Below are positions 21,244 to 31,251 of a stretch of DNA of 64,000 nt, in pieces; position 1 is the first letter of the stretch; each line of letters opens with the position of its first letter. A program made the position numbers and the translations under genes. The notes below the pieces were generated by a model. It ran no database searches. It saw nothing but the letters and a program-made list of their open reading frames with translations, and was not told the origin of the DNA. The stretch spans positions 128,001 to 192,000 of the forward strand of contig CAWJYV010000008.1 in assembly GCA_963847185.1 (NCBI GenBank). The letters are read 5' to 3'. The DNA comes from an uncultured Methanosarcinaceae archaeon (GTDB lineage: Archaea > Halobacteriota > Methanosarcinia > Methanosarcinales > Methanosarcinaceae).

Positions 21244-23611
21244 TCACTCTCTCTGGCATTCTTTTCCTTCTTCTGTTGAATACTGCTCTTCTATTTCTTC
21301 TCCAAATTCCTTTTCAGCTTCTTCCCAGCCCCCTTCAAGTTTGTCTTCTATTCCTCCTACTCCTTCTTCTACTTCCTCTTCTACACCGAAGTTTCATATT
21401 CACTGCCTTCAGGCTCGATTCTCTGGCCTTTTCTTTCAGGCTTCTGGCTCTTTAAATCCGATTCTCCAGGGGGGACCATCATGGCAATCAGGTCAGGAGA
21501 AGCTATTTGTTTTACGAAACGAGGATCTCCGAGTTCATCAGAGTAAATTCTGTATATTTTCTTTGAAATGTCGTTCTGGTTGAAAGCGCCAGGCCCTAAT
21601 TCCAGGATGTAATCCCCGTGTTTCCGGACAGCAGAAGCAGGCCCGCCTATTACCCTGGTCTCACCTTTAAGTTCAAGCCCGACTGCAATTCCAAGAGGCA
21701 CATCCTTGAAGTAATTGCGATCTCCTCTTATGATGAAGGCTCCTTTCTTTACGTATTCTCCAGACTCGGGAGTCTTTGTCACCTGCTCGGCCTTAACCCA
21801 GTAGCAGTCTCCACTGAAATGTCCGGCTTTCCAGAGGCTGGAATAAGATACTGCAAACTGCGCAACTTCCTGGAGAGTAGATTCGGGAACCTCTTCTCCT
21901 CCGGTCTTGACAACAGTCAGGGGAGCTCCTGGAGTCTGGGTATGGAAGACAATATCTCTTTTTTCCATATATTTTTTGAAAACTTCCTCATTAGTATCGG
22001 CATCTCTGCCTCCTACAACAAGGAAACCATCTGAAGATACAAACCACCTGAACCTGTCATACCAGTGCTTTTTCCTGGAAGCCTGCAGTTTTCTTCCTGC
22101 TTTTGCAGCCTTTGCTGCAGCCTTTTTCTCCACAGCTTTTTTTGTATCCTCGATAGCCCTGATAGCTCCATCTTTCTTCTTGGTGAACTTCTTAACTTTC
22201 TCGTAATATTCCTGAGCGTTCTGAGGCACTGTCTTCCGGATATCGAGATTAGCGCTCTTTCCATCCAGATCCACAGTTACGGTCCCTGTTTTCTGGTCAA
22301 TGTTTGTGATCTTTTGAGCTGCAGGTGCGGTTTTTTTGGCCTGTTTCAGGATAGATCGGATCTCGTCCCAGGAATACCCTTTCGCTCTTGCGCCGTTGAG
22401 TACGGAAAAAAGCTCTTCTATAAGCTGGTAATTGGCATAAATTATTTCTGCAAGGGTATTATTTTTCTCAATTTCCTTCTCGAATTTTTTAAGGCTCTCT
22501 TCCTGCTGAAGAAGCCTTCTTTCGAAAACGCCAAGGGTTTTTTCCTTTTTTTCAGCCGCTTTTACCTCTGCAACCTGTTCCAGAGCCTTTTTTCCGAAAA
22601 ACTCGTCAAGTGCCGTATTAAAGGAGTCAAAATACTCTTTTTCGTATTCTGAATAACGAATAAGATCAAAAGGCAGTACATCGAAAGTTTCCAGCTTTCC
22701 GTTAATTTCTTTTTTGACGTGCTGGGGCTTTAATTTCGGAGCTTCAGCTTCAGCCCCAGTTTCTGGTTTTAATTTCAATTCAGCTTCAATTCCAGCTTCC
22801 AGTTTCAGTTTCAGTTTCAATCTCAGTCTGCGGTTTAATTCCGGATTTTGATTCTATTTCACCCTCTATCTTTTCTTCAGCCTCGACGGTAGTTCTTCCG
22901 GCTAAATAGAGGGAAAAATAGATCCTGCATTGCACTGCAGAGCTTTGAGGCATCTTCCTCAGATACTTCCTTTGCGGGCTTTGATTTCTCGATTCCTGCC
23001 CTGGCACAGACTTCTTCTGCCAGAACTCCTCCAAGATTGAACCTTGTGGCAATTGTCCGGACAACATCAGCCGTAGATTTCGACAAAGCCTCCATAAGAT
23101 CCGAAACTTTAGCACTTATCGGACTCAACTGCGCTTCAGGCAGTTCGTAAATTTCCCCGCTCCTGAGCCGGCGGTCCTTCAGAGTCACAGGATTCATAGG
23201 CAGAATGATTTTGTTTTCAGTATCAACGATAAGCACGTTCCCCCGAGCAAAAAGCTCAACAATAAGAGTGTTTCTGACCCCTGCTCTCTCAATCCCTATT
23301 TTTACAACCCTGTCAAAATCGTGCTGCTCAAAAGAAACAATCCTGCCTCCCGTCAGGTATTTTCTAAGCAGCATTGGAAAAGCCTGAGGAAGTTCAGGAC
23401 TTGCCCTGAAGTGTTTACTTAAATGGATGCGCTTCCCGGCTTCAATAACCAGGTTGTCCCTTCCCTGGTGAAAAACGTAAAGATTGATGCGGATCTCCTC
23501 ACTTGTAGTCTGGTAAATCTTCCCTACCTTCGCATCAATAATGGACTTCGGCCCAGCTGACAGCTCGGCAACAACTGCAGCAACGTCGGCACTTGACATA
23601 TCCTGTTTCAT
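21244..23611 (-). pseudogene. rqcH: Ribosome quality-control factor RqcH/NEMF (NFACT), frameshifted in this sequence
   Basis: N-part from ATG 23611 (MKQDMSSADV; FPMLLRK; HDFDRV; IVELF). C-part in ORF 21381-22820 (WYDRFRWF, GGRDADTNE, KTPESGEY). Frame breaks near 22905, 22800 and 21392; the acidic tail continues to 21244 in another frame. Confidence 0.85.
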
Positions 23612-23684
23612 AAAGTGGATATAAGAGAGGCTTTTCGTATAAGTGTTACTGTTGAATTTTTTTAGAGTAAGGTCATACCTCCAT

Positions 23685-23811
23685 AGCTGAGCCACCCGAA
23701 TTGCGATTCGGGATCGCAGGAAATCCAAGATTTCCTGGGAGTTGCACTGTAAGTGCAACAGTCCGCTGTCCTTTTCACTCGCTGCGCTCGCTCAAGCAGA
23801 CTAATTTATGG
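23685..23811 (-). repeat. Third copy of the structured intergenic element
   Basis: Reverse complement aligns along its length with 12851-12970. Confidence 0.8.
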
Positions 23812-23949
23812 CGGCAATTATTGAGGAAACTTTGAACACGATTAAGGAGAAAAGAAAAAAGATCGAACCGAAGCATCTGGAAACTCCATCTTTAATCTGT
23901 TTTACCTCCGCATTTTCGTTGCGGCTTTTTCGCAGGGATAGAAAAAAGT

Positions 23950-24552
23950 TTAGAGTTCCCTCAAGAGGCGAAAGCCTAAGCAGTCATTGCAGTTTTTGGG
24001 GCCGACTCTGTCGCGAGACGCTGAACGGCAATCTCTAGCACTGCGGATCCAGCTACCGCCCCGATATACTGGATACGAGTCGCCTCCGTCTTCCCAGACA
24101 CTATCATCTGAAGGAGAACCATTGTAGTTCTCATGCCATTCGTCCTGAACCCATTCCCAGACATTCCCATACATATCATAAAGACCCCAGGAGTTGGGTT
24201 TCTTCTGGCCAACTGAATGAGTTTCAGAACCTGAATTTTCATCATACCATGCGTAATTATTAAGCTTTGAGTCATCTTCACCAAAGGAATACCTGTGTTT
24301 GTGTACCAGCTCTACAGGCATATTCCCATTCAGCTTCTGACGGTAAACGATATTTATCGGTGCCTTCCTTTTCATTCAGTTTTTTAACAAATTCTTGAAT
24401 CATCATTCCCACGAAACACATTCTACAGGCCGATCTTCACCCTTGAAATTAGATGGATTATTTCCCATAATCGTTTCCCACTGTTTTTGAGTACCGGATA
24501 TTTACCCATGTAAAAAGAGTTTTGAATTGTTACTTTATGAGCTGGGAGTTCG
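23950..24552 (-). pseudogene. Frameshifted FGE-sulfatase (SUMF1/CLec-fold) domain, C-terminal part of the caspase gene
   Basis: Pieces in shifting frames: [81 protein letters not shown]...GFRL. Confidence 0.85.
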
Positions 24553-25689
24553 TTAGATATAACTATCCTTCTCTTCCAGAGGTGAGCCCATCATGAATTT
24601 TCCGGCTGGGATAAGTATGAATTCAATACCTGTAGAAGGATAGGTGAAAGTTTTGGAGGTTTTTTCATCTTTGAAGATTTTTGAAACATCTAGGTTTCTA
24701 AACCTTGCCAGAATATGTGAATCTTCAATTTCTTCATTTTCCAGGTAGCATTGAACTGTGTGAATATATGTTTTAACACTAATTTTGCCTTCCAGAAGAT
24801 CCTCCAGAGAAGTTCTTATTTCCTCGTCGGTTTCAGTTAGTTCCTCTGATTTTTCATAGGCATCAACAAGGACAATCATAGAGATATCGTAAATAGAGGC
24901 TGGAAGTTCCTTTCGGATATTTTTAACCAATTTGTTTTTCTTTCTTATGAACTCTTTTTCTTTAACTTTTAAGGGGTTCTTTGCAATGAGAAGTTTTCCT
25001 TCGATCTGAGTTTTCATAACTGGAGATTGAGAACTCCTTTTTATTGTTCTGCTGCGGGCATATTCGTACAAATCATTTACGTATATGAGGCCATCTTCGT
25101 CTTCATCTGCACTGCCATCTTCCAGACCTTCCAGCAAGTATTTAGTAAAAACGCCGTGTTTGAGTTCTGTATCCTCTTTGGCTTTCGGTGACCCAATCAG
25201 ACCCGTAGACGTTAGAATAACCGTACCTGAGCCAGAGGAGTAATTAGAAAGTGTTTCTTCTAAATCGTCTCCTTTTATTCCGGCAGCACCACTATAGCAG
25301 CAATCGAGCACAATAATTACTGACTTAAGTGACGGATATGTCATGCATCTGTTGATGTAGTCAAAGTTAAGTGAAGTTGCAAGAGGATAATCTTCTTTAG
25401 TATCCCTGAATAGCAGGCGAAGTCCGTTATCTAAATGCTTTTTACCGTGACCGGAAAAATAGATCAAAATAAGATCGTCACGATTTGCATTTTTCAGCAA
25501 TTTTTCTATTTTGATTCTTGCATCTAAAAAGGTTTCATCTATTGATTCTTCAACCTCATCAAACCCGCAAATATCTTTATTCAGGAGGACCTCTTTCATT
25601 GCGAGAGCATCAGCTACAGCAAATTTCAGTTCTTTATCCGAGCTCGGATAATTATTTCCAATAACAAGCCCTACTTTTTTGCCAGTCAT
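24553..25689 (-). CDS. Caspase-family (peptidase C14) protease, originally fused to the FGE domain
   Basis: GLVIGNNY, FSGHG (catalytic His), LDCCYSG (catalytic Cys), HGVFT.YLLEGL, QSP. Ends in the FGE start motif EFILIPAGKFMMGS. Confidence 0.9.
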   Translation of the reverse strand: MTGKKVGLVIGNNYPSSDKELKFAVADALAMKEVLLNKDICGFDEVEESIDETFLDARIKIEKLLKNANRDDLILIYFSGHGKKHLDNGLRLLFRDTKEDYPLATSLNFDYINRCMTYPSLKSVIIVLDCCYSGAAGIKGDDLEETLSNYSSGSGTVILTSTGLIGSPKAKEDTELKHGVFTKYLLEGLEDGSADEDEDGLIYVNDLYEYARSRTIKRSSQSPVMKTQIEGKLLIAKNPLKVKEKEFIRKKNKLVKNIRKELPASIYDISMIVLVDAYEKSEELTETDEEIRTSLEDLLEGKISVKTYIHTVQCYLENEEIEDSHILARFRNLDVSKIFKDEKTSKTFTYPSTGIEFILIPAGKFMMGSPLEEKDSYI

Positions 25690-25729
25690 GAAGCTAACAC
25701 ACGAATCTGTTATCGAATATATCGAATAT

Positions 25730-26155
25730 TCACTCTTCTGAACTCATGAAACAATTAAGACCTTGACAGACTGATAGTTGCGGGTTTTCTTCAAAAAACT
25801 TAGATAACTTTTCAAGTGGCAGTTTTGAAATTTTAATCACGACTCCGTCAGGGCATTTCAGCTCGATTTCAGCAGTTGGCCTGTACTCAAGCCACGTTTT
25901 CATTGCTTCAAGAATTATGGCGAAAATTTTTCCTGTTATACCGTAAGCTGCAAGCGTACTGAAAAGATGTATTAAATCGACCTTTTCTCCTTCAAGACCC
26001 TTAAGCTCTAAAGGTTCTATCCAGCCATCAGGCATACTCTTGCAAATTGAGCAATATAACTGACAGCACTGCTCTTGCCAGTACTCAGAAGAATCTTCAA
26101 CGCCTTCGGATTTCAGTATGATAGAGAAATTAGACGTATCAAGAACTTGCTGCAC
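25730..26155 (-). CDS. EACC1-like (effector-associated constant component 1) protein
   Basis: ~140 aa; GEK motif, hydrophobic segment (LFSTLAAYGITGKIFAIILEAMKTWL), then IELKCPDG..IKI. Directly upstream of a caspase, the typical EACC1 context. Recognised by eye only. Confidence 0.65.
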   Translation of the reverse strand: MQQVLDTSNFSIILKSEGVEDSSEYWQEQCCQLYCSICKSMPDGWIEPLELKGLEGEKVDLIHLFSTLAAYGITGKIFAIILEAMKTWLEYRPTAEIELKCPDGVVIKISKLPLEKLSKFFEENPQLSVCQGLNCFMSSEE

Positions 26156-26512
26156 TTTGTCACCAGCTAATATACAATTAAAAACTTAAATTTTATTTAG
26201 GAGAATATATCATTTACGATTAATACTCGCTTCAGGACTATTTTTTAGAAAATAAATATAAATTTCCTCTACATTAGACTCACAATAATTTTTCAAAAAA
26301 TGCGGTAGGAATTAAATCAATAATGTCTCTTCTTATCAAAAAGGTCTTATCCTAAAAAACTTTCGAATAAAGCTTACACTAATAGATGACCAATAGATAA
26401 CCAAAAGTAAAATATGAGATGATTTATTTTAGGAAAAACCCAAACTAAATCCTAATTAAATCCATACACTAAATCTCTCGTAAGATCCAATAATCCAAAA
26501 AGCCCTGAAACC

Positions 26513-27757
26513 ATGGACAGTCGAACCGCCCGTTTTTTGAAATCTCGCTTTCAGAATTATTACAAAAATGCCGAAATAGGTCTGCCTGACCACCTGCATA
26601 ACAGGGAATGGGCTTTTATCTTCTATGATGATATGCCTGAAAAAATGATGCACAGGCACAAGTCCTTCGGCTCGCCAGGAGAAACTCTTGATTATCTTTA
26701 TGGGATGGCTCCGGCGCACGTTTACAATTCGGTTGCTTATTATGAATATCCTGACGCAAAGAAAATGAATGAAAAAAACTGGCTTGGGGCAGAACTGATT
26801 TTTGACCTTGATGCAGACCACCTGCCAAATGCTCCGAGAAACTATGCAGATATGCTGGAGCTTGTAAAGAAGGAAACTTTCAAGCTCATGGATTTTCTAC
26901 TAGACGATTTCGGGTTTTCGGAGCAGGAAGTTGAGCTGGTCTTTTCCGGGGGAAGAGGATATCATTTCCACATCAGAAGTCCGAAGGTACTGGCTCTTGG
27001 AAGTGCTGAGAGACGGGAAATCGTAAATTATGTCAGCGGAAAAGATATTGATTTCAAACATTTTTTCAGGGAAGTCGCAATGGATGGAGATTTTGGAGCA
27101 GGGTCAAGGACTTTCAAAGGAATAAAAAATGTGCCTGTAAAGTGCACGCTTGTTGGTTATGATTCAGGATGGGGGAAGAGAATTGCGTTTTATCTTACGG
27201 ATTACATGAAGACAGAATGTGAAAAAAAATACAAGAAGGATATGTTCCCTGAGCTCCGCAGGCATGAGAAAATTGGAAGTACTACAATAAAAAAACTGAT
27301 AAATATTACCAATAGCGAAAATGGCCTAAAGGATATACTGGAGAAAGGAAGGCTGGACTTTGATGTCAGAAACTTTAAGGATATTGCTGCCTATTTTATG
27401 CATGAATCAGTAGAGAATTTTCTGCACAGATTCGGGGCCAGTGTCGATGAACCTGTGACTGCGGATATCAAACGTCTTATCCGGGTTCCGGGGTCTTTGC
27501 ATGGCGGGTCCGGGATGCTTGTAAAGAAACTTGCTTTCTCCGAGCTGGAGAAGTTTGATCCACTTAACGATGCTATTGTCTTTGGTGAAAGGTTGGTAAA
27601 GATATCCGTCTCAAAGCCTTTCTCGGTACAGATGAAGGGTAAGGATTTAAAAATTGAAGAGGGCATACAGGAAGTTCCGGAGTATGCGGCAGTATATCTG
27701 ATTTGTAGAGGTGTTGCAGAATATGGATATAGAAGAAATCAGCCAGACCCTGTATAA
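26513..27757 (+). CDS. priS: DNA primase catalytic subunit
   Basis: REWAF, ELIFDLDADHL, FSGGRGYH, DEPVTADIKRLIRVPGSLHG. Confidence 0.96.
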   Translation: MDSRTARFLKSRFQNYYKNAEIGLPDHLHNREWAFIFYDDMPEKMMHRHKSFGSPGETLDYLYGMAPAHVYNSVAYYEYPDAKKMNEKNWLGAELIFDLDADHLPNAPRNYADMLELVKKETFKLMDFLLDDFGFSEQEVELVFSGGRGYHFHIRSPKVLALGSAERREIVNYVSGKDIDFKHFFREVAMDGDFGAGSRTFKGIKNVPVKCTLVGYDSGWGKRIAFYLTDYMKTECEKKYKKDMFPELRRHEKIGSTTIKKLINITNSENGLKDILEKGRLDFDVRNFKDIAAYFMHESVENFLHRFGASVDEPVTADIKRLIRVPGSLHGGSGMLVKKLAFSELEKFDPLNDAIVFGERLVKISVSKPFSVQMKGKDLKIEEGIQEVPEYAAVYLICRGVAEYGYRRNQPDPV

Positions 27758-28445
27758 GGAAAAAGGGCAGGCATTAAAGACGATTCCGGCTGATTTTTAC
27801 CTGGAAGCTGAAAAATACATCCGGGAGCTTGAAGAAGATATCAAGAAAGTACATAATTCTCGGTCTCCGGAGTCCAGGATGCTCAACGACGAGCATGAAA
27901 GGGCGCTTTCAGACCTTGAGACTATCTTTATGAAGCGGATGGGAAAGGTTATTACCAGGGCAACTATTCAGTCTCATGCAGACAAACCTATATCAAAAGA
28001 TATCGAAAAACTGCTTCCTGCAGAAAAAAGGCTTTATGACCTTGTGCTGCAGGGAATCGAAGCCGCAAAAATAGAACTTCTGGGCCAGATTCTGTTCCCT
28101 GATTCCGGAAAAGTTGCAGTCTGGCCTGAACTGGGGGGAAGAAAGCAGTTTTCTGCCTTTACTCAGGTCCAGGGGGAAGTTCAGATCGGAAAGGGGATTG
28201 TTGTGACTGCAATCGGAAATGAAACTGGGGGAGAACAAGACAAAAATATTATAAATGAAGGGTATGTTGTTGTCCGAATCTTGAAGGACCTGCCGACTTT
28301 CACAGGAGCAGACGGCCGTAATTATACGGTGCGTGCCGAAGATGTTGCTGTTTTGCCGCAACTCAACGCAGCAGGTCTGATCAAAAGAAATGCAGCTATG
28401 CTAATTGCAGGATCGGAAAACTCCGAGAAAAAATTAACTCCCTGA
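27723..28445 (+). CDS. GINS subunit (Gins15/Gins51-like)
   Basis: Helical A-domain (IPADFY, RMGK) plus C-terminal VVRILKDLPTFTGADGRNY B-domain; overlaps priS end. Confidence 0.75.
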   Translation: MDIEEISQTLYKEKGQALKTIPADFYLEAEKYIRELEEDIKKVHNSRSPESRMLNDEHERALSDLETIFMKRMGKVITRATIQSHADKPISKDIEKLLPAEKRLYDLVLQGIEAAKIELLGQILFPDSGKVAVWPELGGRKQFSAFTQVQGEVQIGKGIVVTAIGNETGGEQDKNIINEGYVVVRILKDLPTFTGADGRNYTVRAEDVAVLPQLNAAGLIKRNAAMLIAGSENSEKKLTP

Positions 28446-28874
28446 GCTTTGCAGCATTTTCTGGCGTAGATAAAATAAATCAGAAAGTTTGGTCATGTGA
28501 ACGCTGAATTCAGGCATGCTAAGGCATGATTCATAAAGTCTATGTCTATCAGGTATAATGTGACATCAGGCAATAGTATGGTTTCAGTCAATAGTATGAG
28601 TTATATATGTGTAGCTATATCTGTGTAGCAATCTTGTTAGCATGCTCTAACCTTGTCTTCGATACAGGACTATTTATAGATGATATCGAATGAAGATAGG
28701 TTTGAAAACTTCAAGTTCATCTAATCAAAGGCTTCCCAAATAATGCTTCCCAGAAAATGAAACGCCGTACGCAAACGCCATGCGTACATTCAAAACTATA
28801 TTACAAAATGCTCTTCCCGCAAAAGCCGGAGAAGGCAAACTACAATACCAATAATCATCAAAAAGGTGTAATGA

Positions 28875-29348
<474 letters not shown>

Positions 29349-29410
29349 CCTGATCGGTAAAGGCACTTTACAGGAGTGAGCATCTATTAATAAAAGACAA
29401 AAATTGAGAA

Positions 29411-30226
29411 GTGGTACGAATGGGAAACGATAACTGGCCCGAAGTCGGAGAGTTTGTTGTCTGCACTGTAAAGAATGTAACGGATTTCGGAGCCTATGTC
29501 GAGCTTGAGGAATTCGGAGGAAGGGAAGGTTTCATCCATATCTCTGAAATTAAAGCAGGCTGGGTCAAGTACGTCAGAGACTACATAAGAGAAGGACAGA
29601 AAGTTGTCTGCAAGGTTCTGAACGTGGACCCCTCCCGCGGCCACATCGACCTTTCATTGAAAGACGTGAACGAGCACCAGCGGCGTGCTAAGATCCAGGA
29701 ATGGAAAAATGAGCAAAAAGCCGCAAAGTGGCTCCAGTTCGTAGCTGAAGAGACTAAGACCGATGACGGTAACCTGGAATCTCTGCATGAAAAACTCGTA
29801 GAGGAATTCGGAAGTGCATATTCAGCTTTTGAAGAAGCGGCTATCGAAGGGGAAAAAGCCTTTAAAGGGCTCAAAGTCAATAAAAAATACTTAAAGAGCA
29901 TAATCAAGATAGCAGGCGAAAATATCAAACTTCCCTTTGTAGATATTGCAGGGTATGTAGACCTGACATGCAACCTTCCAAACGGTGTAGAGGTCATAAA
30001 ACAGGCTCTCAGTGCTGCAAACTCTATCAGTGAAGTAGATGGAAAAGATGTCAGGCTCGAAATCAGTTATGTAGGAGCTCCTAGATACAGAATCAAGGTA
30101 ATTGCTCCTGATTATAAGAAAGCCGAGTCAGTCCTGAAGAAATCCGGTCAGACAGCAGTGGATTCCATTGCCAAGATTGGAGGACATGGGACTTTCAAGA
30201 GGCACATCGAATCAGCAAAGGCGTGA
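29411..30226 (+). CDS. eif2a: Translation initiation factor 2 alpha subunit
   Basis: S1 domain (FIHISEI, GHIDLSLK), GAPRYRI; conserved gene order. Confidence 0.95.
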   Translation: MVRMGNDNWPEVGEFVVCTVKNVTDFGAYVELEEFGGREGFIHISEIKAGWVKYVRDYIREGQKVVCKVLNVDPSRGHIDLSLKDVNEHQRRAKIQEWKNEQKAAKWLQFVAEETKTDDGNLESLHEKLVEEFGSAYSAFEEAAIEGEKAFKGLKVNKKYLKSIIKIAGENIKLPFVDIAGYVDLTCNLPNGVEVIKQALSAANSISEVDGKDVRLEISYVGAPRYRIKVIAPDYKKAESVLKKSGQTAVDSIAKIGGHGTFKRHIESAKA

Positions 30227-30232
30227 TGCCCT

Positions 30233-30388
30233 TTGGGACAAAAGATCCGCAAATGCAAAAATTGCGGCAGGTACACCTTAAGGGAAAAATGTCCGGTCTG
30301 CGGGGAACAAGCTTTACCTGCGGTTCCGGCCCGCTTTTCTCCTCAGGACCCTTATGGTAGGTACCGCAGACTGGCAAAGAAAAGATAA
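30233..30388 (+). CDS. nop10: H/ACA RNP protein Nop10 (below the ORF-track cutoff)
   Basis: TTG start; LGQKIRKCKNCGRYTLREKCPVCG...PARFSPQDPYGRYRRLAKKR; expected position after aIF2a. Confidence 0.9.
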   Translation: MGQKIRKCKNCGRYTLREKCPVCGEQALPAVPARFSPQDPYGRYRRLAKKR

Positions 30389-30397
30389 GGAATTGTT

Positions 30398-31168
30398 ATG
30401 CAGCAAAGTACACTTGTCCGCCTGAAAGAAGATCTTGAGCTTAGCAAACCCATATTTGTAGTCGGACTTCCAGGAGTCGGGCTCGTAGGCAAGCTGGTGG
30501 CAGAGCACCTTATAGATGAACTTAAGGCTGAAAAGATAATGGAAGTTTATTCTCCCCATTTTCCCCCTCAGGTTCTTGTCAATAAAGATTGTACTGTACG
30601 GCCGGTAAGCAATACAGTATATTATGGAAAAGTAAACGGAAGTGACATCCTTTTCCTTGTTGGAGACCATCAAAGCACTACTTCGCAGGGGCATTATGAA
30701 CTCTGTTCTCTTTACCTTGATATTGCAGAGGAGTTTGGAGTGCCCAGAATTTACACTCTGGGAGGTTATCCCACAGGTAAATTGACGTACGAAGAAACAG
30801 TTCTTGGGGTTGCAAATAATATTAAACTGATCGAAGAGATCAAGAACTACGGGGTAGAATTCAGGGAATCCGAACCAAGCGGAGGAATTGTAGGGGCTTC
30901 AGGATTGCTTGTAGCTTTCAGCCAGATGCGGGGTATTGATGCCGTCTGCCTTATGGGTATGACACCCGGTTATCTGATGGACCCTAAAAGCGCCCAGTTT
31001 CTTCTCAGAGTAATCTGTAAGATTTTCAATATTGAAGTAAACATGGACTCTCTTGAGAAAAAAGTCGAGGAAATGGAAAGTATTCTGGAAAAGCTGAAGG
31101 AAAAAGAAGAACAGCAAAATTTCCCGGAGATAAAACCAACTGATGAAGATCTGCGTTACATAGGTTGA
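30398..31168 (+). CDS. PAC2-family proteasome assembly chaperone-like protein
   Basis: GLPGVGLVGK, YSPHFPPQV, TLGGY, GIVGASGLL, DPKSA, DLRYIG. Confidence 0.88.
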   Translation: MQQSTLVRLKEDLELSKPIFVVGLPGVGLVGKLVAEHLIDELKAEKIMEVYSPHFPPQVLVNKDCTVRPVSNTVYYGKVNGSDILFLVGDHQSTTSQGHYELCSLYLDIAEEFGVPRIYTLGGYPTGKLTYEETVLGVANNIKLIEEIKNYGVEFRESEPSGGIVGASGLLVAFSQMRGIDAVCLMGMTPGYLMDPKSAQFLLRVICKIFNIEVNMDSLEKKVEEMESILEKLKEKEEQQNFPEIKPTDEDLRYIG

Positions 31169-31251
31169 ATAGTGCATTAACAGGGTATAACTCATTAAAT
31201 ACTAAGGTAATGAAACTCTAAAAACTGGAAATTCCTGGTAAAGGGACGGAA

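Noticed and set aside
23612-23758. N-terminal extension of the rqcH ORF (start 23758)
   Set aside because: It reads through the non-coding structured element; the conserved start is MKQDMSS at 23611.
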